From assembly GCA_951406725.2 (NCBI GenBank), contig OX597817.1, positions 103,788,001 to 103,852,000 of the forward strand: 64,000 bases of DNA, read 5' to 3'. Shown one piece after another: positions 27,116 to 41,350 of this stretch (its first letter is position 1; each line of letters starts with the position of its first letter). The notes under the pieces were generated by a model. It searched no databases, was not told the DNA's origin, and worked only from the letters and a program-made list of their open reading frames with translations. This DNA is from Octopus vulgaris. Lineage: Eukaryota. The position numbers and the translations under genes were made by a program.

Positions 27116-27829
27116 CGCGCGCACGTACAGTACCGTTTTTATGCTTATAATGTGTGTGTGTGTGTGTGTGTGCGTGCGCGCGCACACACACACACGAGCA
27201 GATTGTGTGCATGTGTGTGAAATGGACACTGAGCAAACACTGGGCAACGTGCTGAAAGAATTGGCGACTGTCCTTGTTTGTCCTCTCTGTGTTTAGCCCT
27301 TGTGGGTAGTAAAGAAATAGGTATTTCGTCTGCCGCTACGTTCCGAGTTCAAATTCTCACGAGAACGAATTCCACAGACATATTTACACTTTATGTAATT
27401 TTCAAGTTAACTCTACGTGACACAATATGACGAGGCCGGACATTTCAAATTACGTCTATGTATAGACCACTCGGCGTAATTCTTCACGTTCCATCTATTT
27501 AATTTTTTGTAACAAATCTACAGTCGACCTGAGCTTGTGTAGAGGCATTTACCAAAGAAAGATGTTTTTCCCCCACGAATCCAGTCCCTTATTACATTGC
27601 GTTGCAAGCGTTTTAATGATTTACGGCCACATAATGAATATATTTGTTCCGCTTAATCACTTACTCGTGCTGATATATAAAGGGTGTCCATAAATTGTCT
27701 TTACAACTTCCATAATTTATTGTACCTATTAAAGTTGAGATCCATCAATCAACTTCTTTGCATGTTAAATAATTATTAAAAGTTTCTAATATTTCTAATA
27801 AAATTTTATTTGCTTATCTTTTATTTATT

Positions 27830-28158
27830 TTTTTTACTAGTTTCATGCTGGGACATTTGGAAATTTTTTAGTCGAACAAATCGACTCATAGGCTTAATTA
27901 TTAATAAAACCTGGGTACTTATTGTCAGTCTCTTTTGCCGAACCGCTAAGTTAACAGGGACATAAACACACCAGCACCGGTTGTCAAGCGGTGGTGGAGG
28001 CCAGATACAGACACAAGCACGACGGTTTTTTTTTTTCAGGTTCCGTCTACCAAATCCACTCACAAGCTTTGGTCAGCCCAGGGCTATAGTAGAAGACACT
28101 GGCCCAAGATGCCACGCAGTAGGACTCAACCCTGAACCCTGACGTTGGTAAACAAGCT
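27830..28158 (-). mobile_element. SINE family A, decayed
   Basis: Family similarity. Confidence 0.8.
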
Positions 28159-28844
28159 TATCTTTATTTTACAATTTTTCTTGAATTTTTCAAATTGCAA
28201 AGGTAATTTATAGATACCTAATAATAGATAGATAGATAGATACATGCACGCGCACGCACTCATTCCCTCATACACACATAAATGCAAAACAAGGTGGAAA
28301 AAATAGTACTCGAATACCAAAAGTAGAGTAATATGGTATTTCATTAAAGGCTAAAGAAAAAAAAAATCTTCGCAAACTGTTACTCAAATTTCTTTTAGTA
28401 TGATCACAACTATCCGACGAACGTTAACGTAAACTGAGTAAGAGTTTGTGAAGATTGTTTTCGTCTATAACAAACAGTATACACACACACACCTGTATCG
28501 ACCAGACTGTCTGACCACGTTGTGATAGTCAGCACAATACACTAACCACTCGACCACGGACCTTCACGCACGCACGCGCGCATGCACACACACACACGTG
28601 AGAACATACGTGCAATACAAGGTGAAGAAAATAGAACTCCAAAACAAAAGGTAAAGTAAATGTTTTATTGAAGCTTAGAAACACCTTCACGAATTGATAC
28701 ACAAAGTTTCACGTAACCGTTCGCACTACTCACGAGATGGCTATCTTGAATACATAAATACTTTTAAACTAATTGTTTTGAATAGTGACGACATTCTGAA
28801 AAAATGTGAAACTGAAGTTTTTTTTAAAGTTTCAATAAAATGAT

Positions 28845-28943
28845 GTAGCTGGCTTACCAACCACATAGCAAGTGTCTCTTGCCTCGGGCCGACCGAAGCC
28901 TTGTGAGTGGATTTGGTTGACGGAAGCTGAAAGAAGCCCGTCA

Positions 28944-29002
<59 letters not shown>

Positions 29003-29217
29003 ATGCATGTGTGTGTGTGTATGCATGTATGTGTGTGTGTCCATCATTGTTTGATAACTGATGTTAGTGTGTTTGCGTCCCCGTAACTTAGTGTTTCGGC
29101 AAAAGAGACCGGTAAGATAAGTATTAGGCTTACAAAGAATAAGTCCTGGGTCGATTTGTTCGACTACAAGTGGTACTCCAGCATGGTCACAGTCAAGCGG
29201 CTGAAGCAAGTAAAAGA

Positions 29218-29218
<1 letters not shown>
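28845..29218 (+). mobile_element. SINE family A with internal deletion
   Basis: Family similarity; internal (TA)/(TG) tract. Confidence 0.85.
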
Positions 29219-29257
<39 letters not shown>

Positions 29258-29889
29258 TCATACATAGAGTGGGGGCATGTGCGTAAACATTTACTCACAC
29301 ATACATTTTTGAATGTATGCGTGTGTGTGTATGTCTATATATACACATGTGTAAGAGTCTCTTTCTGCCTGTTCTATGTATAAATGTATACCGACGCACA
29401 GAGCTGCATATAAAAACAAAGACAAAAGCATGAAAATAGGCACGAAAATATAAGCGTATATAAAAAGCCTAGACAGGAAGGGATAATGAAACTTGTGTAA
29501 ATATATGTGTAAGAACAACTATAAACTTACTTTAGGCAAATATCCAAATAATTCTTCCGAAAATACAATTTCCATATGTTAAGAAAATTATTTATATAGA
29601 AACATGTTATCAGAATGACTGCCGGTATGAAGTGATAAGATGTATTCAGTGATATACCACAAAAGCTCACTCACTCATACATTAGTGTCAGCTTGGAAAA
29701 CATATGCACGGCGCGCAGTAAGCATATGTGGGAAGAAAGCAAATAACCAATCAAAATTGCTACGTGTATTGTTTCATTCACAACTCAATTGATGAACTAT
29801 GGTCATACGCCCTCTCTCTCTCTCTCTCTCTCTAAATGTGTGCATATATGTTGATATAGCATTATAATATACACATGTAAATACATCTC

Positions 29890-30102
29890 TCACTCTCTCA
29901 TATATATATATATATACACGCACACATACAAACTCACACGCACATATATACATATTTTCACACACACACACACACAAAATATATATACACACACATATAT
30001 ATATAAACCTATATATATATACACACACACATCTACACACACATATATATATATATATACACACACATCTACACACATATATATATATATACACACACAT
30101 CT

Positions 30103-30142
<40 letters not shown>

Positions 30143-30234
30143 ATATATATATACACACACACATCTACACACATATATATATATATATATATACCTATAT
30201 ATATATACACACACACATCTACACACACACATCT

Positions 30235-30285
<51 letters not shown>
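29890..30285. repeat. Compound microsatellite/minisatellite (CATCTA(CA)n(TA)n units)
   Basis: Repeated ACACATCTACACACATATAT blocks. Confidence 0.9.
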
Positions 30286-30290
<5 letters not shown>

Positions 30291-30699
30291 TTCAAATTAA
30301 TGTACCTCATCTTGAAAAGTGGCAAAATCTTTGTCGGTTGGCATCTGGGATAATTTTAGTAACAAATCAATGAAGTAAGATGCATTAAGAATTTCAATTT
30401 TAGAGTATATCCATAATGTTATTGCTTTTACACCTGTTAATTAAATTTATCTGCCCATAAAAGTCAAATTTACTCAACAAGATCAGATAAAATTATATAA
30501 TAAACCAGTGGTGTATAAAGCATCCACTGACAATATTTCAAATCTGTATGTAAAAAATTTACAAAGTTACAAGCAAATATTGTGGACATCCCGCTTGAAC
30601 CTGAATAATTCAAAATAATGAACAAATAAGCATTATATTTGACAGATTAATATAAACACTAAACATGATTGTAAGTGTTTTTTTTCTTACACACACACA

Positions 30700-31440
30700 T
30701 AACACGGCCTCGCTCGGTTGGGACTATACGTGTTACTTTGACATCATCATTCCATAAAATTTGTTTATGGGGAGAAAAATATTGAAAAATATCAGATGTG
30801 TGAGTGAGAAAGAAACCAGGACGAATGTTTTGGGATGTGCTAGAAACAACAGCACATTTTCCTCTGAAATTATTGACATTTTTTTTAAGCGAAAATGTTT
30901 TTCTCGTGGGTTTTAAGTGCTTAGTGAAAAATAAAAAATGAACAAAATCGTTTCGGACGGGTGGTAAGGGAATAGCGGGAGTAAAAAATAAAAAAATTTC
31001 AAATTTTTTTCTTTTTTTGCCTCCCATCATTCTGGTGAAAAACATTGAAAAAATCCCCGTCAAAACAGAGGAATTCCAACTTATGTGGGCCGTCTGATCC
31101 GAAACTCCGTTCTCCAGCAACTCACCCCTTTCCTCACCCCTTCAAAATATTTTGCCTACAAATTTTTTTTGTAATCGTAATCTACACCGTTTGAAAAGTA
31201 TTAGTATAAAATTTCATTTAAAAATACCTATTCCCCAGAAAATTATGAGGGGAAAAATGGTCCTGTAAACTTTCTGAAACTCCGCTCCCCAAACCCTCGG
31301 AAAACGTTTTCCAACAAATCTTTACATATACTCAAGCTACAGGATATAAGCGATTATTTGGTGAAAGTTTCGTTAAATAGTATTCCTTTGTTTGGAAGTT
31401 ATGAGGCAACAAAGTCTCTGGGGTGTTAAACTATAGTTAT
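30700..31440. mobile_element. Unclassified DNA-element remnant, possibly Helitron-like
   Basis: CGGCCTCGCTCGG terminal hairpin-like start and AAATTTCA/AAAGTTTCG motifs; weak. Confidence 0.3.
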
Positions 31441-31453
31441 GCCTTTTTCAATA

Positions 31454-31592
31454 AAAGTTAACGCTAACGGATTAACGTTACTTTCGTTACATCTTCAAAG
31501 AATTAATGGATTAATGATTAACGAAGTTAACTTTTTGGTAAACGGATTAACGATTAACGAAGTTAACTTTTCGATAAACGGTGCCCACCTTT
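31454..31592. mobile_element. hAT-like MITE terminus with subterminal TTAACG repeats
   Basis: Tandem GGATTAAyGATTAACGAAGTTAACTTTT units ending in GCCCACCTTTG. Confidence 0.5.
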
Positions 31593-31621
31593 GCATATAT
31601 GCACGCGCGCGCGCGCACACA

Positions 31622-33700
31622 CAGTCGAACCTCGCAGTACGAGTACACAATTGTACAAGTAATTTGCTGTACGGGCCGAGGCTCGTGGAAATTTTTGTCT
31701 TGAAGTACGAGCGGAAATCTGCAGTACAAGCGAGTTTCATACAAGCGACTGCTAGTCGGCGCTGACCTCGCACAAGCTCTCCCAACAAGTGCAGTCTCCG
31801 CTCGCTCAGTTCACGTGTTTATCGCGTTGTGGCAGCATCTCTGGGTTGTTTTTTTTTTCCAGTGTTTTTGTTTAGTTTTGTGCATTTTTTGCTATTATTT
31901 TATAATAATCAGTTGTGTTACCCATGGGTCCTAAGAAGGTTAGTACAAAGGATGGTGCTGAGAAGAAGAAAAAACTAATTGCAATAGAACTGAAGAAGGA
32001 AATCATTGATAAACATAAGAGAGGAGTTCGTGTAGTGGACATAGCACGTCAATACGACCGAAGCACGTCGACGATCTGCATCATCCTGGAGAAATAGGAC
32101 GAAATCAAGACCGTTACAGCAGAAAAGGCTGTCTCCAGGCTCTCTAAGCAACGCACATCTGTCCACGAAGGATGGAAAAATTGCTTTTCCTGTGGATCAA
32201 CGAGAAGCAACTCGCAGGGGATACGATTACGGAGACTATCGTCTGCGAGATATCACGAGCGCTGTATGGGGATCTCCTGAAGCCGAACCCTGGAACATCA
32301 ACGGAGGAGACATCAGCAGATGCATTTAAAGCCAGTCGCGGCTGATTTGATAATTTCAAGAAGAGGACTCGTGCTCATAGCGTCGTCAGGTATGGAGAAG
32401 CAGCGAGTTGTGACACGAAGGCAACTAAAGATTTCGCGTAGGAATTCCGTCAGCTTATCGCAGCCGACGGGTACATCGCACAACAGGTATTCAACTGTGC
32501 TGAAACCGGCCTTTCTTGAAAAACAATGCTCAGAAGAACCTGCTCAACTGCAGAGGAGAGGAAAATACCAGGTCACCAGCCTATGAAAGATGGGCTAACT
32601 CTCGCCCTTTGTGCCGGTGCAATTGGAGACCTGACTACCATTCCGAAAACCCACGAGCGTTCAAGTTGCACAAAATCCTGAAGGAGAAGCTGCAGGTCAT
32701 ATGGAGAGCAACGTTAAAGCCTGGGTCACCAGGCAAATCTTCTCCGAGTGGGTCAACTTTGCCTTCGGACCATCAGTGAAAAAGTATATTCTGGAGAACA
32801 ATCTTCCTCTCAGGGCCCTCCTCATCCTCGACTATGCTCCAGCTCACCCTCCTAACCTTGCAGATGATATCCTAGACGAATTTAGATTTATAAACTTAGT
32901 TACCTTTAACGCAACACCACAGCTTTCTTGCAGCCCATGGACCAACAGGTGATTTCTAATTTTAAGAAATTGTACACCAAATATTCGTTTCGTCGGTCCT
33001 TTGAAGTCACCGAAAATGCAAATCATTTTCGTGAGTTTTGAAAGGAGTACCACAGCATTGTAAACTGCCTGAAAATCATCGATATGGCCTGGCAGTGTAG
33101 AGGAGGACAGAGAAGCGGAGAATGTTATCTTTACGAATGACATAAAAGCAGTGTTGGCAAAGTGGCAGTATGTTTCTGAATTTGTACAAAAATATCGTCC
33201 TGAAAATACAGCTACAGCCCGTGTAGTAGCTTATTTAATGACACTACTCTGACGCATTTTCGTGACGTTTTGAAATGGCAGGAAAAGGGAGACTTCTCTT
33301 GATATATCTCTAATGAAATGACCTGCAAGTGTAAAAAAATGAAGAAAGTGTGTCCAAAAATGAGAGAGAAAACGCCAGAAATTGTTCTTCCTGAAGTCTT
33401 ATTGCGAGGAGAATCTCCTTTGAAACAGTAATCTACCTCCTCCCCGCTCTATTGTCTTCCTCACGCACAAATCGTCCCATCTTTGAGGTATTTCAATTAA
33501 TAAACCTAGTTTACATATTTCGTATGCATTTTCCTTTTTTATAATTGTCATTTTACTTGTAACTACACCCTTTTCTGTTTTAAAACCCATAAAAAATTAT
33601 TTTAGGGTTGTTTTGCGGACTGGAACGAGCTAATTATATTTTAGTTAATTTCAATGAGGAAAATTTATTTTTAAAACGAGTAAATCGAGCTCAGTCGTGT
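31622..33700 (+). mobile_element. Decayed Tigger/pogo transposon
   Basis: TIR-like CAGTCGAACCTCG; from 31924 MGPKK...IELKKEII...VVDIARQY, FKASRGxF, NVKAWVT, LILDYAPAHP, QPMDQ-like motifs, with stops and frameshifts. Confidence 0.9.
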
Positions 33701-34036
33701 ACACGTATACATATACATGCATAAATATGTATGCATTTACTTACACATGTATACATATACACATGTATACAAATATACATACACATGTATGCATATACAT
33801 ACACATGTAGACAAATTACCCAAAGAAAACAGCAGCTTCAAAGATAAAGCACAACCTCCAATAATTGATGAGCTCCCGACAGCTCTTGCTCTGAAGAAGT
33901 CAGCGGGATTCCAACATCCCCATAATCAAACGGAGAATTTAGGAATTGAAAACATTTATCAGGAAAGGAAGAATGCCATTAGAATCATTCACTGCATGTT
34001 ACGTTGATCGGACGAGTGAATACCTTATTATTATGA

Positions 34037-34380
34037 TGCAGGCGTGGCTGTGTGGTAGGAAGTTTACTCCCCAACCACATGGTTCCGGATTCAGTCTCAT
34101 CGCGTGGCACCTTGGGCAAGTATCTTCTACTACAATCCCAGGTCGACCAAGTCTTGTGAGTGGATTTTGTAGACGGAAACTAAAAGGAAGCCAGTCATAT
34201 ATATATGTATGTGTGTGTGTTTGCTCCATCCAACCCCACATGACAAAAGGACCGATAGGATAAGTACCAAGCTTTAAAAATACAAAAGAACACTGGGACG
34301 GATTTGTTCGAGTGAAATCCTTCAAGGCGATACTCCAGCATGGGCGCGGCCCAATAAGCGAAATAAGTAAAAGATAAAAG
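34037..34380 (+). mobile_element. SINE family A
   Basis: Family similarity. Confidence 0.85.
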
Positions 34381-34883
34381 ATCGTGACAAAATAGTAATT
34401 ATTCTAGAAAACAACCGACCCAAACAATGAACTATATAATTATTCTTTCATAACACGAACAATAGATTTCCGTTAACACTTTCTTTATTGACTAGCGTAG
34501 CATGTAGGCCGGTGACAATATGAGCATTACCAAGCTTTGTTGAGTTAGGTCATATGAATGTAATCATTTGTGTGCTATCGAATAAGTGTTATATTGTTAC
34601 TAGCAGTTTTATGTTGAATAAACCCTTCAGAAAAGGCAGCTTTCAGTTGCACAATAATACAATTTATTAATATATGAACAGGCCAATTTCAAACTTAATC
34701 AAACAAAATCATTGTTTATTGAAGCTAACTATATCATTTTAATAATCTTCTATATTAAAATTAATCCTGATAAAAGCTAGAAATTAAATTTAGGTATCCT
34801 TTACTTTAGTTTTGCCCCTTAAACGTCTTTAAAACACGGCCTTACATCACCTCTGACTCGTAAATTAATATCTACAAATTCTA

Positions 34884-35300
34884 AGGCGGTGAGCTGGCAG
34901 AATTCTTAACATACCAGACGAAATACTTAGCGGCATTTCGTCCGTCTTTTACGTTCTGAGTTCTCATTCCTCCGAGGTCGAGTTTGCCTTTCATCCTTTC
35001 GGGGTCGATAAAATAAGTACTAAGTTGATTACTTGGATCGATGTAATAGACTTACACCTCTCCCCCATAATTTTTGGATTTGTGCCAAAATTTGAAACCA
35101 CTATCGACTAATGTCAGCCTTTTCTGACCCAGAAGGCGGCGAGCTGGCAGAACCATTAGCACACAGACATTTCTTCCGTGTTTACGTTCTGTATTCAAAT
35201 TCTACCGAGATCGACTTTGTCTTTCGGAGTTCAGTTGAGCACATGGGTCGATGTAATCAACAAAACCCCCTCTTCAAAATTTCAGGCCTTGTGATAAAAT
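34884..35300 (+). mobile_element. Two SINE family B copies (34884-35100; 35133-35300)
   Basis: AGGCGG(T/C)GAGCTGGCAGAA heads. Confidence 0.85.
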
Positions 35301-35539
35301 CATTTTCGATCTTAAGACTCCACTTGCTATTATCGCCAACTATGTTATATACATACGAATGATACGTACATGAATGAGGATTCTCAACTTCTAATTTGGT
35401 GGTTGAAGATGTTTGATCGCTTTGATGTGGTTAGTAGTACAGAGATATTGTTTATAGATGACACGAAGTTCGATTCTCGAAGGCGATGTTACGATTTCTA
35501 TATTATGTATGCGTGTGCAGTTACATGAACAGTGAGTGT

Positions 35540-35760
35540 AGAGGTGCGTGAATTAGTTGTTAGCATGTTTGACTCATGGTTGTAAGATTGTAGTTTCGAT
35601 TCTTGGACCGGGCGATGCGTTGTTCTTGAATAAAACACGTCATTTCACGTTGCTCCAAACTACTCAACTGGCAAAAATGAATAATCCTGCGATGGACTGG
35701 CATCCCATTCAAGTGGGGAATATATACGCCACGGAAACCGGCCCTATGAGTCGAGAAGGA
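35540..35760 (+). mobile_element. tRNA-derived SINE family D (V-domain-like tail)
   Basis: GTTTCGATTC B-box; CCTGCGATGGACTGGCATCCC...GGAAACCGG; related fragment at 49672-49760. Confidence 0.6.
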
Positions 35761-36879
35761 TCTTTAACCTTTTATAATGTAGTGAGTTGAAAAGCTTCGA
35801 TCGACGGCGATTTCTCAAGTAGACCTTCAGTTAAATTTTTTTATACATATTTTAAAACTGACTTTCGCGGTTGATAATGAAATTTAAAATGTTAAAGCAA
35901 AATCGGACAAACGATTTCTATCAAAATAAAGATCCAAATATTTAATCAAGTTCAAAAATGAAAATTTTTAGTCCATCATATCGAATTCAGTACATATTAA
36001 AGTTTGATATTTATTTTACTCCCAGACTTTATCGAACCACTAATATTCGAAATATGAAATGACAAAATGTAAACATCTATGGTTTATACTGGTGTAACCA
36101 CAAAGATGGACATAGGGGCATATATGCATATCGACGTTAATCGACATTTTTGTACCCATTCAATAAATAATTGCTTAAATTTTGTTTGTGATTTTCTTTT
36201 TTAATAATATTATTAAAGTACATCTCCCTCAATATATACTTTCTCCATTTGCACGATCACTCGTAGAGCCATTCTAACTCATAAACCGGTGGACAACTGT
36301 ATAACAAGCATTAAATATGTGGATAGATACCTGGTTACACATTCTATCTTCCTAACAAACGTGCACGAGCCCGCAAAAGATCAGGTAAGGAGTTCTTGAA
36401 ACGTCATTGAACTCAGGAACGTTAACTGTTCTAAACCAGCACCTCTTTTCACAGAATAGTCTTTATGAATGTCTCTCCACATGTTTTATAAAAACAAAAA
36501 GATTTTTTAACTAGACAGAAGCTAATTTTGAATGGTGGTTTATTGACCATATTTTAATTACACTATCCCATCTAGTATGTACACCTCTTTATTTGTGTAC
36601 CCCCACCTAAGTAAATTTTTATAGATAATTCTAAAGAAAGTGAGGACGTATATAACAAAATTATTGGACTTTGACGCATCATCAGTCACATGTTTTGCTT
36701 ACTGATAGCACAATGTCCAGTTCATAATTTAATTCAAACATATTTGATTTTTAATATAAGTATTGTACCTGGTTTAAATATTTTGTTTCTAGTACCTGCT
36801 TCATTTGCACTAATGTGAGCTCCCAACATCCCCAAGGGTTGATTTCGCTCAAGCTTAAAACCATTATGGTTTTAATAAC

Positions 36880-37222
36880 CCCTTCTAATAAAGGTACAAA
36901 GCTTGAAATTTGGTGGGCAGTGGGGGTGTTAATCGATTATATAGACCCCAGAGTTCACATCAAAAAATTAAAGAATAAAGTCGACCTCGACGTAATTTGA
37001 ATTCAGAGCGTAGAGTCGTGACCAGAAGTTAGGAACATAGATCAGAAAAATAGATTTTTATATTTAATGCTCAAAGTTATATTTGGTCGGAACGTATATC
37101 GGGCATAATTTTAATTTCTAAAAAAATGTTCCAAACTTTTAGCCACAACTGCAGAGACAAACAAAATACCGCTAAGAATTTTGCCCGAAATGCCGTTAAG
37201 CATTCTGCCAGCTGATCGCCTT
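36880..37222 (-). mobile_element. SINE family B, split and decayed
   Basis: AAAGTCGACCTCG...TTCTGCCAGCTGATCGCCT. Confidence 0.65.
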
Positions 37223-38307
37223 AGGGATACATTTATTAACGTAGAGAGATAAATACAAAATACACATGCCATTGCATTTGACATTATTTCTGCTTAATGT
37301 AAATTATGAACGGTAGCTATGCGTGTTAAACCAAATAAAAAATAGAGGGAGAAGACACTGGAAGAATGAATACATATAATTTGTAGCAATTAAATGTAGG
37401 TGTAATCATCCTTAACGCGTCGATTGTAATTTAAGCAAAGTACGTACTGACATCAAACATTTATTCCTGTTATGCTTTGCCAGTGGTATTACTTCTTGTT
37501 TGTGTTTTGTTTTTTAACGCAAACTTCATGAAATGTATTAATCTCTATTTTCAGAATTCAAGTAGCATTAGTTTATAAAATACCTGTTTATAGATATGTT
37601 TAGATTAGTATGATCACAAACAGTAGGGAACATATATAAAAATTTGTATATAGAGTAGTTAGAGTATTTACCTGCGCCAAAGGAGCGTCTAATCCAGAGA
37701 TTCGTCTCTCCTTAATCGGAATTAATCCTTTACTGAATGAGATAGGAGACAAGAAATTAAAAATTGTAAAATGTATGACTTTATACTAATTCTCTTTTCA
37801 CTATATTTTAAATAAATGTATGCTAATATAATGAGCATTTTCTTCGAATCTTTTTTCACCGTTATCCATTGCTTGTAGAATTTCCAAGATATTTCCTTAC
37901 AAATAACTTTCAGAAGCAAACTTCAAACGAGTCTTTCACTTTTATGTCCGAATGCGCGTCACGACTGACAACTTCCCTTACCAATTAGTTGCAAGGAAAT
38001 GTTTCTGTCAAGCAACTATTTCTCTCTCCCTCCCTTCCTATCTAGAATTAATGAGTTGAGTCATGCTAAACTTGCTTTGTGCTAGCTAACAGCTTAAATT
38101 GCCGTTCTCTTTTCAGACACAATCGTTACAAATATATATTTATTTCGGTTCTTTACGGTTTCAGTTCAAATCACAGCAAAGTTACATGGTTAGTTTTGCT
38201 TTTCATCTTTCGGATGTCGAGAAACTAGAATAGTTCTGTTTTTGTAACTGCGTGAGAAATCTTTCTCATTCCCTCTCAGAACATATATATATATATATAT
38301 TATATAC

Positions 38308-38542
38308 TCTTTTATTCTTTTACTTGTTTCAGTCATTTGACTGCGACCATGCTGGAGCACCGCCTTTAGTCGAGCAAATCGAGCCCAGGACTTATTCTTT
38401 GTAAGCCTAGTACTTATTCTATCGGTCTCTTTTGCCGAACCGCTAAATTACGGGGACGTAAACACACCAGCATCGGTTGTCAAGCGATGCTGGTGGGACA
38501 AACCCAGACACACAAACATATACACACATACATACATACATT

Positions 38543-38604
<62 letters not shown>

Positions 38605-38745
38605 CGATGGGCTTCTTTCAGTTTCCGTGTACCAAATCCACCCATAAGGCTTTGGTCGGCCTGAGGCTATAGTAGAAGACACTTGCCTAAGGTGCCCCGC
38701 AGTGGGATTGAACTCAGAACCATGTGGTTGGTAAGCAAGCTACTT
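38308..38745 (-). mobile_element. SINE family A, head interrupted by a Tx1-like LINE
   Basis: Family A sequence ends at GGTAAGCAAGCTACTT. Confidence 0.9.
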
Positions 38746-41350
38746 TATTTCATGAAATTTGCCATGACGGCATTACAAAGAGGGGACAAAGACACAAACA
38801 TAAAAAGGTGTAGTAGCTGCTATAACGATTAAAACTTTATGACGACAAATACAATTTAAAAATTACAACTAACAATTTATAATTTACACTTTACAAATTA
38901 CACATTACTATTTATTGATTACATTATGACATGTTACTCATTGCGATTTGCAATGACTTCCCTGAAGGAAAGGCATCCGACCAGGGTAGAACCCTTGCTC
39001 TCTCTTTCCCTTTCTTTTCTGGACTCCACTTACCTGGTGCCAATCGCTCCCAACTTCCTTATCACAGGCTTCCATCTTTTCATGAATCTGTCTTGTGACA
39101 GGTACCTCTTCTCCAGCCTGACCTTCCCTATCCTGCTCGCACCTTGGACATGTCGGTGAGACGGCCCTTCCGTACATTGATAGTTTATCACAAACTGGTA
39201 ACGCCGCACGGAAGCACTGCCAAGCCAAAGATTTCTGGTAATTATCCAGGTACCCAGGCCCGAACGTTCTTCTGCCAAAATCTTTAACTCTGTGTTTAGT
39301 AGAGTTATGGACCGGAAGTTACTAATCTCGTCCCCCTTGCTCGGGTCCTTTCTGATCAGCGTCACCACCCCTCGGCTTGCAAACTTGGGAATTCTCCTAT
39401 TCTGCGGCCAATTGGCGTAAACGTTGGCCAGCAGGTGCCCGAACAAGTCTGGCATACTCTTAGTACCTCGATCACCTCATCGACTGTGATTGACCCTGAA
39501 CAGCACTCAGCCTCTCATGCGGAGAGACGCGACCGCCAGAGAGGAAGTCCCTAAGGGCCTCACCATGATCCAGCTTCCCGCTCCTCCCGAACAACCCTGC
39601 AAAGTGCTTGTAAAGCGCCTCACACATCTCGTCCCATCCGTCGACCGAACTCCCATAGTCGTCAATCAGAGACCTAATTGTGGTATCATTGCCACGCTGT
39701 GTTTCTACCGCACGGGCCCATCCGGCAACATTAATTCCCTCACGGCCCAATGTTCGCACTTTAGCCTGAACTCTACATCCCTCATGTTCAGATGGTCCAG
39801 TCTGTAACGATCTGCTAACTGAAATTTCTTCAGCAGATCTACGAGATGCGAATTTACTTTTCTATCGGTCGAGACAATGCTATCGATGTGTGCGTCACCG
39901 ATAGCGTTATAGTCTCTTAACACCACTAATGTCTTCGACGACACGATAAAGTTCTCTAGGCGCCGATAAAAATCAGTTTGTAATCGTCTAGCATAGGGTG
40001 CATAGATCTTGATCAACCTGAAAGCCTTTCCGCTGTGTGTCACATCATGGACGACCAGCCCACCTTCAGGGTCCGCATAGACTGTACTTGTCTGCAGAGC
40101 CAAGCCTTTACGGACAAATACTACTACGCCCCCACGAACTCCAGTCTGGCTAGGAGTCATGATTTTCTCATATCCATTCAGAAGGGGTGAGAAGGTTAGT
40201 AGACTGTCCAGCTTGGTCTCTGTAGCAACCATCACATGCATGTGTGATCTGAGGTCGTCGTAGAAACAGGCTTGTTTCCACTTCAAGCTCAGACCACGCA
40301 CATTCAAACATCCAAGATTAAGCGATGCCATAAATACAGTGGAGAAGAAAGCAAGGGCTCTACTTACCCTTGACTGATGATGTTGGGGCCGACCTTACCA
40401 CACGTAAGGCAGCCCCTTCTTTCTCCTCCTTCTTCAAGTACTCGGGCAGGGCCACAAGCCTCCTGAAATTTTCAGGATGCCTTTCCTTTAACTGTCTGTA
40501 TAGGGTTTCCCCTATACAGGCACACCTTTCATTTAAGTCCCTGTGTTTGGGAAAATGTTTGTGAGATGATGATTGACGACAATCTCATCCATATACATGT
40601 CTTTAGTTTTATATTCAATTAAGACTTTGGTGTCTTCTTTCTTTTCTGGGGCGATGGGACTTTTTTTTTTTGTAACATGTGGTGCTGTGCTGTTTTTGTG
40701 GGGGTGGGGTGGGGATTGCACATGAGCCCGTTTCCAAACTAATGTGCACTCCCTCTCGGACACCTCCATGGTGTCGTCTGGAGGAGTCATGTTTTTCTTT
40801 ACACTGGGTGCCTCAGATATCAAGGGAGTGGGGGCTTGTGTCTGCAGGGATTGGGTCGTTTTGTTTGTGTGTTTTGGGGACGGCACCGCAACAGTGGGTG
40901 GTGGGAATGTTTGTCTTTCTAGGGGCTGGGGTGTGTGTAGGCTTGGGGTTATTTTTCATAATTGTAGGGCCTAGTGTCTGTAAAGGTTTATCATCCCTTA
41001 GTTTCTCCTTCTTTCTCTCTTCACAAGGGAGCCGAATGTGTCCCTTCTTTCCACATTCATAACAGGTGGGCATTTTACCCTCCTCCTGTATTCGAATGGT
41101 CACATTCTCCCCCACGAGCACCCGGTCTGCTTTGTCCCACCCAATTTTGAGGGGCAGAGCATGTAATTTGTAAAAATTTGATTTTTTTCTGCTCTGTTGT
41201 ATAACACCTCCCTCGGGTCTATTTCAGGCGGCACTTCTGTCACCTTTACACAAGAAGTGCGCCTCCCTATGTATGTTGACAGAAGTACCACCTCCTTTAT
41301 TTTCAAGGGGCTCAACGAGTACCTGTGGACCATTTCTTCTGTTTTAAATC
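38746..41350 (-). mobile_element. Tx1/L1-clade LINE, internally deleted
   Basis: ORF1 CCHC knuckle CYECGKKGHIRLPC; ORF2 APE endonuclease (LNVRGL, ETKL, YAP, DYN); RT start NFRSITLLNTELKILA; C-terminal CPRC; 3' tail ending AATAAA. Confidence 0.88.
39705..40331 (-). pseudogene. LINE ORF2 APE-type endonuclease domain
   Basis: 208-aa ORF MASLNLGCLNVRGL... with APE motifs; joined to downstream sequence by a deletion. Confidence 0.85.

Noticed and set aside
28145-28200. Possible fourth LINE insertion at the SINE A target site
   Set aside because: The SINE ends near the site, but the following sequence lacks the shared tail and stem-loop
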